Shown here in pieces: positions 13,519 to 24,552 of a stretch of DNA of 64,000 nucleotides. This DNA comes from Eledone cirrhosa (lineage: Eukaryota). The notes beneath the pieces are model-generated. The model had not been told where the DNA came from. It saw only the letters and a list, made by a program, of their open reading frames with translations, and made no database searches. Each line of letters opens with the position of its first letter. Within the stretch, counting starts at the first letter, position 1. The DNA lies in NCBI GenBank assembly GCA_964016885.1, contig OZ024747.1:38688001-38752000 (forward strand). Direction: 5' to 3'. Both the position numbers and the translations under genes were made by a program.

Positions 13519-15504
13519 CTTACTTCTCGTAGAGAAAGGACGGTTTTTCCATCCTTTTTATTGCTTGTGGCCTACTCAGGAAGGGTGTCCTTATAAATCC
13601 TCCTGGAGAGTGCTTGTCGGAAGTCTCCGATGTCTTTGGAGAATTTTTGTTTTAGTGTCATGTACGTTTTCTGTGTGATGCGAGTGATTTGTATGTGTGG
13701 AGGTGGTGTGAATGTTTGGGTTGTTTGTAGTCTTTTTCTGTGATGCTGGTGTTGTGTTGGATGTAGTGTAATAATTGTTTATTGTTCAAATTTAACGCTG
13801 TGTAGTGTGTATCGTTTTGGTTGTTTTGTTTTGTTTGCGTTTGTTGTGGGTTTGTTTCTGTTTCGCATTTTGGTGACTTTTGTGGTGTAGGTGATGATGG
13901 TGTTGGGGTTAATGATGGTGATGACGTTGGTGTTTGGGATGATGGGGTTGGTGATGCTGGTGTGGATGGTGGCATATCTGTCCTAACTTTTTTGTTTGTT
14001 AATTTATTTGTTTCCCTCTGTATTTTGTATTTTGATGGGGAAGGAAGAGTATTTTTTCTTTTTTGGTTTCTTTTTTCTTTTTTTCTGATACCGTTTCCCA
14101 CTCCTCGTCGTCACAATCTGTCTCTAGTTGTGATAGGCCGGGGAGTGGAACATCCTCCACAGGCGTTAGTTTTGGTTGTGGCGTGGTGGATGGTGTAGGC
14201 GCTGGTGCTAGTTCTGAAGCGTTGGGCGGTGGTGGTGTTGGTTTTGCTGGTAGTGGTGGTGTTGGTTTTGCTACTGTTGCTGGGGTTGTTGCTGTTATAG
14301 TTGCTTCTGTTGTTGCTGCTACAGTTGTTACTGTCATCTCTGCTGCTGGTGGTGTTGATGGTTGAGTCACTGGGGTGGGTAGGAGAGGTGGCCTCAACCT
14401 TTTAGCCTGAGGGCAGAAAGCCCTTAGGTGGGTTCCTTCACCACAAACGACACACCTAGGCCTTCTGCCCTCGACAATTACGATGAGGTGGCTGCCGTCA
14501 CTGAGCTATTACCTCTGGGAACTCCTCAATGCTTTTTTGGTCCGCTTGGATCAGGAGCTCCATCCCAGATCCGGACCAGTTCTGTTTTTATTTTGCTATT
14601 GCTATTGTCTTGGTGTTGGCTTCGATGCCGGCGAAGACGGCTACTATTAGCCAGGGAATTTCGATGGCCGGTGAAATGTGGGTCACCCTGATCTTTACGA
14701 GTCTCTTGCCGCAATAGCTTGGGACGAGTGTGAAGTCGTCACTTCTTAATGGGGACATGGAGTGTTCTCTAGCCTCCTCTGGTGTTTCAAAGAACACGTC
14801 CACGGTTCCATATTTTTGCCCACGTCTGATGAGGGGTTTTTTGCCCACACATGTCCCAAAGCATTTTGGATTTGGGACTCGGATGCCCATTCCACTCGGC
14901 GCGATTTTATATTAATTGCTCGATAAGACACGGTGCATAGGCGTCGATGGTCCATTGTATTAAGTGTGTGTGTGGGGGGTGGGGGTGGAGGGGGAGGGGG
15001 GCTGACCCTGTACCCATCTTTGTTTACCATTGTTTTGGCTTCTTCTAATTCCTCCTGAGTTACCTGAAATGCTTCGCACTGTTTTGATACTCTGGCAAAA
15101 CTGAAGGTGTTTTTTTTTAATGTCATTGTTGCTGTTGGTGTTAACGTTATTTTTGTTATTTTTAATTTTAGTTTCAGTTTTGGTGGTGGTGGCGTCAGTG
15201 GTGTTCGGTGTGGAAGATTTCATTTTGGTTGAATTCATATCGATATCACGAGTTGATTTATTTTTTCTTTTGTTTCTGTTGTCGCGGTGGTGGTCGGGGT
15301 GGTGGTTGCCGCGGTGTTGGTGGTGGTGGCGGCTTTAACACCTGCAGTCATTGGTAATGGCGGGAAATGAATGTCTGCCTGAGACAAATTTAAAATATTG
15401 CTGCTGCTTATATTTTTAGTGTTGGCAAACGTAGTAATATTTACAATGGTGGTGTCGGTGAGAGGTGTTAGTTTGTGAGAGAGGATTGACTCTGAGTCAG
15501 CCAT
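13519..15504 (-). pseudogene. Tx1-like ORF1 (gag-like, zinc knuckle, T/P/N-rich low complexity), frameshifted
   Basis: ORF pieces 15235-15504, 14960-15238, 14746-15126, 14588-14890 and 13999-14397; CX2CX4HX4C motif. The end is approximate. Confidence 0.75.
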
Positions 15505-15717
15505 GATTCTTCAAAGAAAAATTTTTGTTTGATAATTATAAAAGTTTAGATTTTGGGCTAAAGGCCCCAATCTTTTGGGTGTCCTTTTCAGATAACAATG
15601 TATGTGCACTTATATACAGTTAACAATAAAAAATGTCCATGGATGGCAGTTTTAAACAACTGAAAATAACAAACCTTTGCGGAGCTCACGATGATACGAT
15701 TTACTACGTAGGTCGCC

Positions 15718-15747
<30 letters not shown>

Positions 15748-15748
<1 letters not shown>

Positions 15749-17733
15749 CTTTCTTTATTAACCACAAGGGTTTACATAACATATACATTAAGGACAGTAC
15801 AGTACGATACAGGACGATGCAAATGGGCATTTCTGCGTGTAAAAAATAAGAAACAGAGAATGTAATATTAGAACAATGAAAACAATTCCCCAATAGGGGG
15901 GAGACTTCCGAGGGACATTCGTGGAGAAAGCCCATTAAAAAGCCACAGTGACCCTGACCACTAGGGCAAGTCCCCTCTCCCAGTTTTCCACCTTTAATTT
16001 ACAGACACATACTCAGAGTAGGCCCATTCACTGGGGCCATTCTTGTTTCTCTCACCCATCTTTCAACAAAATGCTGGGAAGAGAGCACTTCCCTCTCTAC
16101 CCTGATTTTCCTTTTTAAATGAAATTTGAAAAAGTTAATCAGGGCATCACCGAAGAGGTAAGTGCTCGTCTTCAGCCCTTTCAAACGTGTCCACCATACT
16201 ATCTCTTTCGCCATGACCAGCAGACAGATAAAAACTGCCTGCCCTTCCCGGCTAAAGGAAGAGGGCGGGGCAATCCTCACGATGGACACAGCTGATAGCT
16301 GTATCCGTCCTACACGCGACAGCAGGTGTTCGACAGAAACCCACAAGTCAGCAATGCTCGGACACTGGACGAGTGCGTTCAGGACGGTTTCATCGCCCTG
16401 CGCGCATCTTGGACATGCCCGGCTCACGGCATGCCTGTAGAGTTTATCCCGAACTCGCAAAGCTCCTCGGTAGCACTGCCAGGCCAGGAATTTCTGGAAG
16501 TTGTCCATAGGCCCCAGCCCAAAAGTTCTTCCGAAGAGATTGGCTAGTTGATTTTCCTCGACGCCTAGAGTTTCCCCAAGTACATCGTCGCTCTTCCCTC
16601 CACTAATCCTCTATAGAACGCCGAGGTGGAGTTTCCACCGATCACATTGCCCGATTGGTCGAGGGCTGTGAGCGTCTGCAGACATTCCAATCTCCAAGCC
16701 CTCCTTCTCGGTCATCGCTTGACCCAGGACTGCAGCTCTGTCAAGGAGACGAGCTGGGGAAAGACGCGTCTAATAAACGGAGACCACACCTGATCACCGT
16801 CGAGGAAGAGGTGGAGATGTCGTAGCCTAAGCGCGTGTCTGCGCATCATCAGCCACGGCATTCCCAGCCGTCCTTGTAGCAGGTGTTGACAGCAGTTGGG
16901 CCGCCTGACCATCGGGGCGCATCCCTTCCACAAAAAGCGAAAGAGCAAACGCTTAGGACAAGGTACGTGCTCCATTTTATTAGGTGTGTATGTGTGTGTG
17001 TGTGGGGGGGGGGGGTAAGGCTGACCCTGTACCCATCTCTCTTTACCATTCTCTTGGCTTCATCTAATTCCTTCTGAGTTACATGGATTGCTTCGCACTT
17101 TTTTGCTACTCTGGCAAAAGACAGGGTGGTTTTCTTAATGTAATTGTTGCTGTTGTTGTTATCGTTATTTTTGTTATTATTAATTTTAGTTTCAGTTGTG
17201 GTGGTGGTGGCGTCAGTGGTGTTCGGTTTGGAAGAATTCATTTTAGTTGAATTCATTTCGATATCACGAGTTAATTTATTTGTTCTTTTGTTTCTGTTAT
17301 CGCGGTGGTGTCGGGGGTTGTGGTTGTCGCGGTGGTAGTGGTTGTGGCGGCTTTAACACCTGCAGTCATTGGTAATGGCGGAAAATGAATGTCTGCCTGA
17401 GACAAATTTAAAATATTGCTACTGCTTTTATTTTTAGTGTTGGCAAACGTAGTAATATTTACAATGGTGGTGTCGGTGTGAGGTGTTAGTTTGTGAGAAA
17501 GGAGTGACTCTGAGTCAGCCATGGTTTTTCAAAAAAAAAATGTTGTTTGATAATTATAAAAGTTTAAATTTTTGGCACAAGGCCCCAATCTTTTTGGGTG
17601 TCCTTTTCAGATAACAGTGTATGTGCACTTATATACAGTTAATAAAAACTTTCCATGAATGGCAATTTTAAACAACTGAAAATAACAAACCTTTGCGGAG
17701 CTCACGATGATACCATTTACTACGTAGGTCGCC
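15748..17733 (-). mobile_element. Tx1 family A, internally deleted derivative (5'UTR + ORF1 N-terminus joined to ORF2 C-terminus + 3'UTR)
   Basis: 15748-16967 aligns to 9838-11060 and 16970-17733 aligns to 14950-15717; both termini are intact; flanked by (AAT)n. Confidence 0.92.
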
Positions 17734-17785
<52 letters not shown>

Positions 17786-17787
<2 letters not shown>

Positions 17788-20510
17788 CAGACAAGAAAGA
17801 GCAGAGCCGTGGTGGAAGAAGCGACTGAGTGGGCAAATCGGGGAAATGAGAAATGACATAGGAAAGCTTGAGTCACTACTGAATGGGACACTAAAAAACA
17901 TAGGCACTAAAAATAGACTGGAAATAAAATACAAATCTAGGAGGAAAAAGCTAAATATTATCTTAGAGGAACTGAAGCAACGCATTGTAGCAAAGAGTGC
18001 AAAAATCAGGCGATACGAGAACAGAGTCAGTCAGTATAAACAGAACCGCATGTTCGACAACAACCAGAAGATGCTGTTTGGACAGCTTGAGGGGAAAGAA
18101 AGAGGCAACGACTTGATCCCTGGGGCGGAGCAAACTAAAACATTCTGGAGAGGAATATGGGAGCAGGATGTTAGACATAATGTCCAGGCAGGGTGGATTG
18201 AGACAGTACAGAGGGAGATCGGTGAGCAGGCACAACAACAAACTGATTTGAGTATCACAGTTGAAACTCTTAAGGGGCAGGCCAAAAAACTAACCAACTG
18301 GAAATCACCAGGCCCAGATGGTGTGCAGGGGTATTGGATTAAACATTTAACATCCCTCAACCCGAAGCTGACGGCCATGTTCAATGACTGCTTGGTGTCG
18401 GGTGAGGTGCCAGAGTGGTTGACAAAAGGTACCACAGTTCTGATAATGAAAGACCGAATCAAGGGTAATGATGTTACCAACTATAGACCTATCACATGTC
18501 TGTCCGTAATGTGGAAACTGTTGACGAGCATTGTGTCTGAGGAAATCTACCATCACCTCCACACAAACAACTTGTTACCGGACGAACAGAAAGGATGCCG
18601 AAAGAAGTCACGTGGTACAAAGGACCAGTTACTTATTGATAAGATGGTAATGGGGAATTGCAGGAGGAGACACACTGATCTTGCCATGGGATGGATAGAC
18701 TACAGAAAGGCATTTGACATGGTGCCTCATTCTTGGATCACCAAAAGCCTGGAGATCTTCAGGGTGGCAGATAACATCAGACAGTTGCTAGGCAGGAGTA
18801 TGGGGTCCTGTGAGACAGAGTTGACATCAACTGGAGTATCCTTGGGAAGCGTGAAGATCAAGAGAGGTATCTTCCAGGGAGATAGCCTGTCCTCTCTGTT
18901 GTTTGTCCTTGCCCTGATGCCCTTGACCATTATGCTGCGAAAAGTGAGAGCAGGATACAAGTTGGGAAGGGGAGAGCTTACCATCAATCACCTCCTCTTC
19001 ATGGACGATCTTAAGCTCTTCGGGAAAAGTGAGAAGGAGTTGGATGTGCTTGTTGACACTGTCCGTATTTTCAGCAGTGATATATGTATGCAGTTTGGTA
19101 TTGGTAAATGTGGAGTCATTGTGATGAGGAGGGGTAGGTTGAGCAGAAGTAACGGGATCCAGATACCAACAGGTGAGATGATAAAGGAAATTGACTCTGC
19201 GGAAGGATACAAGTATTTGGGCGTTCTGGAGGCTGATGGCATAAAGAACAAAAAAATGAAGGAATTGTTAAGAACTGAATACATTCGGAGAGTAAGGAGC
19301 GTATTGAAGTCACATCTGAACAGCAGAAATGCCATAAGCGCAGTAAATTCCCGAGCTGTGTCTATTATTAGGTACAGTGCGGGAATTCTGAGATGGAATG
19401 TTGCTGAACAAAAAGAAATGGATAGGAAGACTAGGAAGCTATTGACTATCTACAACATGTTCCACAAGAGGAGTGATATCGATAGACTCTACCTAAGGAG
19501 ATCTGATGGAGGAAGAGGTCCTATCAGCATAGAGGACTGTGTTCAGATGGAGAAAAACAACCTATACAAATACGTGACCTATAGTAAGGAGCCAATGCTC
19601 AGAACTGTACTGAAGGAGGGGACAGTAGGCCAGGGGATGTCCAAGGAGGAAATAACATCAAGGAGGAAGAGCAGCCTTAAGGGAAAATCCCTTCATAGTA
19701 CCTTCTTTGAGAAAACTGAATTTAGAGATCCACAGACATGGAACTGGTTGAGAAGAGGAGACCTCAAAAAGGCTACAGAAGGAATGCTAATGGCTGCGCA
19801 GGAGCAGGCCCTCAAAACGAAGTGGTTGAAGCACCATAATTACAAGGAGGAGGCTAGCCCACTGTGCAGGATCTGTGGAGAGAGAGAGGAGACTGTGGCT
19901 CACATTGTGTACGAGTAAAACACCTAGCCCAGACCCACTATAAGGGCTGGAGACACGATGTGATGGGCAGGGTGATCCACTGGCACCTGTGCAAAGTAAA
20001 CAATTTACCACATTCTGAGAAATGGTATGAGCATAGGCCAGAGGCGGTGATGGAGAACAATCAGGTGAAGGTGCTGTGGGATTTTAGGATACAGACGGAC
20101 AAAAAACTGGAACACAATAGACCTGACCTGGTGGTTGTGGACAAAGAATAAAGATCGTGTCTGATTGTGGATGTGGCCTGCCCGTTCGACACGAGAGTGC
20201 AAGAGAAGGAGAGGGAGAAAATTAACCGATACCAGGACCTAAAGTGGGAGGTGAAAAGGATTTGGAACTGCCATGAAGTCAAAGTGATCCCGATTGTCAT
20301 AGGCGCACTGGGGACTATCTCCAAAAGTTTCCAGGGATGGTTAAAGAGAATCGGCCCCTTCACGCTTTTTGGAACGCTTCGAAAGGCATGCTTGCTTGGA
20401 ACAGCAAGAACCCTCCGATACGTCCTGAATATCTGAGGCTGCAGGTAGTGGCTTGATATTCAATCCAACGGACTTTCCAGTTAACCAACATCAATGACTG
20501 AGATTCAAGG
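17786..20510 (+). mobile_element. R4/Dong-type LINE copy 2, 5'-truncated, nearly identical to copy 1
   Basis: Aligns to 7062-9786. ORF 17846-19918 (690 aa), then a frameshift at about 19915 and a TAA at about 20149; ends at 20436; same 3'UTR; (AAT)n on both sides. Confidence 0.93.
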
Positions 20511-20540
20511 AATAACAACAATAATAATAATAATAATAAT

Positions 20541-20725
20541 TGTTTCTAATTTAGGCACAAGGCCAGCAAATACCCAGTGCATTACTGGTACTTTATTTTA
20601 TCGACCCCGTAAGGATGAAAGGCAAAGTCAACCTCGGCGGGATTTGAACTCAGATCGTAAAGGGACGTAACTATGCTGGAAAGCATTGCGTCCGACCCTC
20701 TACCGATACTGCCAATCCACCACCC
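20541..20725 (-). mobile_element. tRNA-derived SINE, about 185 bp, inside (AAT)n
   Basis: Element strand: A-box-like tggcagtatcgg, B-box gagttcaaatcc, central ttgcctttcatccttacggggtcgataaaataaagtaccag, tail ggccttgtgcctaaattagaaaca(att)n. Nine copies in the window. Confidence 0.9.
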
Positions 20726-20743
20726 AATAATAATAATAATAAT

Positions 20744-23700
20744 GATTTCTTTATTGGCCACAAGTGCTGACATCAATTAAAAAATTACAGACGGCAGAGG
20801 ACGGTACAGGACGGTACGATGAGGGTTTTTGCGTGTAAATATGTTTTTTATTTATATAAGAAAAGAAAAAAAAGGACATAGAAACATATATATATAAACA
20901 ATAAAAATGAAAATTGAACAATGAAAAATTCCCCAATAGTGGGGACACCTCCGAGGGTTACTCGCAAGCGCCCTCTCTCAATTTTTCCATCTCTCAAACT
21001 ACAGACCTTTATTCACTCGGACCATTCTCGCTACATTCACCCACCTTTCAACAAACTTGCTAGAAGGCAGCACTTGCCTCTCCACCCTGATTTTCCTCTT
21101 CAAGTGAAACTTGAAAAAGTTAACTAGGGATTCACCGAAGTGGAAAGTGTTTGTCTTTAACCCTTTTAACCTTGTCCACCACACAATCACTTTGGCCATG
21201 GCCACCAGGAAGATGAAAACCGCCTGCCCTTCCTCCTCGAAGGAAGACGGCGAGACCATCTGCACAATGGACTCAGTCGACAACCGGATCAGTCCTATAC
21301 GCGACAGCAACTGTTCGACATAGCTCTACAAGTCAGCAATGCTCGGGCACTGAACGAGTGCGTGCACGACGGTTTGGACGCTCCACGCGCATCTCGGACA
21401 GGCTCGGCTGACGGCACTTCCGTGCCTGTAGAGCTTATCTCGAACCGGCAGCGCACCCCGGTAGCACTGCCAGGCCAGAGATTTTGGGAAGTTATCCATA
21501 GGCCCTGGGTTGAAAGTTCTCCGGAAGAGAGCAAACAGCTGATCTTCTTCAACGCTCAGGATCTCTCTGAGAATGTCGTCGCTCTTCCCCTCCACTAGTC
21601 CTCTATAGAACGCCGAGGTGGATGTTCCACCGATACTGTTACCCAGCTGGCAGATGGCAGTGAGCGCCTGGAGACATTCCAGTTTCCAAGCGCTATCCCT
21701 TGGTCTTTTTCTGACCCAGGACTGCAGCTCCGTCAAGGACACGAGCTGTGGGAAAACGTGCCTGGCCAACGGTGACCACACCCGTTCACCATCAAGGAAG
21801 CATCAGAGATGTCGCAGCCTCAGCGCATATTTGCGCATCATCAGCCATGGCATGCCCAGTCCTCCACGCAACGGGTGTTGACAGCAGATGGATCGTCTGA
21901 CCATGGGAGCGCGTCTCTTCCACAAAAAGCGCAAGAGGAGGCGCTCCATTTTGGTGAGAGTTGAGCTGGAGCAAGGGACGACGGTGAGGCGGTAGCAGAT
22001 GACGGATGCAATGTACGCATTCGCCACCCCCGCCCGGCCTTTCAGGGACAGCATCCTCTCGGCACATTTCTGGGTGAGAGAGGCCACCCTGCTCGTCACC
22101 TCGTTCCAGTTTTTCTCCATCTGGAGGTCCGTTCCGAACCAGACCCCGAACAATTTAACCGGTCTGTCCATACAAAGCCCCACGACACTGTCGGACGGCA
22201 TGGACTTGCCTCTCAGGTGCTGAGCTGCAAGCCCACCGACTTTTCTTGGTTTATCTTTGGTCCTGTCACCGCTTCGTATTCCTTGAGAGCGGTGCCGAGC
22301 ATCTGGACGTGTCTGGTGCTCGACACCACCACGGTGACGTCGTCAGCGTAAGCCGACTCGGATTTCTCGCATCCTAGTTCGCGTGGGACGCTCGTCATTG
22401 CCCCCATTTTGTGCAGTAACGGCTCGAGAGCCAATACGTACAAGAGGGACGAGAGGGGACAACCCTGGCGGACTGAGCGCATGATGCAGAACAGCTGCGA
22501 CAGGTGACCGTTCACCCTCACAACTGAGCAGATGTCGCGGTACATTTCTGCGATCCAACCTCTGAAAACGGGCCCGAAACCAGCTTCCTCGAGGACCGCC
22601 GCCAGGTACCGATGGTCGACCCTATGGAATGCTTTGGATTGATTCAAGTTGATCAGGGCCCCACCCGTGCCAGGTTCCTTAAACACCCTCTCTATGATGT
22701 ATCGCATGAGGTGGAGGATGTGGTGTATGGATCTGTCCGGAATGGTGCATGTCTGTGCATCTCCCACCAGACGCTTGACGACAAGCGCCAACCTCGTTGC
22801 TATCACCTTGACCAAAATCTTGAACTCTGCGTTTAGCAGGGTTATGGGCCTGAAATTATCGACAACATCCCCCTTGTTTGGGTCTTTTCTCAGCAGCTCC
22901 CCGGCTCACAAAACTGGGAATGCACCCATTCTGCTGCCAGTTGCAGTAGACGTCTGCCAAGAGGTCACCGAGCAAGTCTTGCATAAATTCATAAAGCTCT
23001 TAGGGCAGACCATCTAAACCTGGCGATTTACCTCTTGTGCAGTTAGCGATCGCTTCCCCTATTTCACCGGCTGTTACTGGACTTTCGCAACACTGTGGTG
23101 CGGTCGTCGAGAGCCGAGGCAGTCCGTAGAGGTATGCACTGAAGTCCATGCCCCGATCCGGGCCGCCGCCGGTCCCGAACAGTTCAGCAAGGTGCTGCTG
23201 AAAAGCTTCACACATCCGCTCGGGTTCGAACATCACGCACCCGTTTTGGTCAGTTTGTATAAGCATTTGCATGCCTATACCTGACCAGTTCTCTCCCCCT
23301 ATTTTTTCTACTTGCAGCATGGTCGTCCTGTTCTCGATTCCAGCAAGACAGACGCGGCCAGCCAAGGTATGGGCACGTCGGGTGGGATTTGGGTCACTTT
23401 GAACCTCACAATTTTCTGCCCGCAGTAGGAGGGCACCAAGACTATCTCATTACCCTTTAGGGTTTCCAAAGGGTGAGATTTTGCTTCCTGGGGGGTGAAG
23501 AAAAGTACGTCTACTGTGGCGTACTTTCTGCCTCGGGTGATGTGGGTTTTTCGTGCCCAGACGCACCTCAAGGTCTTTTGGATTGGAGCCTCCGTGGCTC
23601 TCTCCACCCGATGTGAGATTTTGCTTACGGTGCGGTAAGTCACCGTCCGTAGCTGCTGGTCCTTGAAAGAATCGGGTGAAGGTTTCAGGGAGACTCTATT

Positions 23701-24524
23701 GGCGCTTCTTTTCACCAGGGCCCTTGCGACTGCCATCTCCTCCACTGTAACTAACACTGTCTCGATATTTCGGGCGACACCTGCAAAAGAAATGGTCCCT
23801 TTTTCAGTCTTACTTTTGGTGCTGAGATCGCTGTTACAGGTATCGATGTCATTGTTAATGTTTTTGTTGGTACAGTTGTTGGTGTTGTTGTTGTTGTTTT
23901 CGTTGATACTGTTGCTGTTGTTACTGTTATTGTGGCTGTTGTTATTATTGTTGTTTTTGTTGATACTGTTCCTACTATTATTGTTGTTGTGGCTGTTGTT
24001 ATTGTCATTGTCGTTCACGACCTTACCGCTGTTATTTTTGTTATCGTCGTTCTCGATTTTACCGCTGTTATTTTTGTTATTGTTGTTGTTATTGATGGTG
24101 TTGTTGTTGGTGTTGTTGTTGGTGTTATTGTTGGTGTTGTTTGTGTTAGAAATATTTGTTAATTTTAAATCTGTAACAATCTTCTTTTCCTTTGTAATAT
24201 TTTCGTTTATATTTACCTCCGGCGAAACGCTGTCTTGTTGACATGCTGATAAAGTCTCCCTCTCTCTGTGTTGTCTGACAGCGCTCTCTCTGTTTCTTGT
24301 GTTATCCTTGTTGAAATTTTTTTCAAAAAAATACTTTTACACAAATACGAATACGAAACCCCGTAAAGGGTTGCCGTATTATTTACGAGGGAACCCTTGT
24401 ATTAGGTGGGGTACTTCTTCTAAACTTTTATCAAAACTAAAACTTGAATAAAAGGTTTAGAACGGTTGAAAACGAGGTAAAACGTTGAAAAAAAACTGGA
24501 GGCGATAAGAAGTGTGGCTTCACC
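20744..24524 (-). mobile_element. Tx1 family B, internally deleted (lacks the zinc knuckle and APE), disrupted
   Basis: ORF1 N-terminal half (about 24244 to 23253; Asn-rich, SFAGVA, GRKYATVDV, LVPSYCG) joined to ORF2 from the linker onward (MCEAFQQH, GKSPGLDGLP, QGCPLS, AYADD, CPRC). 3' AATAAA + (ATT)n. Confidence 0.88.
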
Positions 24525-24552
24525 AACAATAATTATTTACAATAATAATAAT

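Larger units (their letters stand above)
9838..15717 (-). mobile_element. L1/Tx1-clade non-LTR retrotransposon, family A, full length, disrupted
   Basis: ORF1 from about 15504 to 13519 with CCHC knuckle CVVCGEGTHLRAFC (14413-14454). ORF2 from 13480 to about 10087 with APE (GSINARGL, ITETR, VYAP, VGDWN, SYLDR, TDH), RT (FRPITLLN, DQSKAFD, QGCPLS, AYADD) and a C-terminal Zn motif (ETVLHALVQC). AATAAA then (ATT)n at the 3' end. Confidence 0.92.

Noticed and set aside
17570-17585. Match between the Tx1-A 5'UTR (ttttggcacaaggcc) and the SINE tail
   Set aside because: It is short, and the sister copy at about 15551 reads ttttgggctaaaggcc, so it is probably chance.
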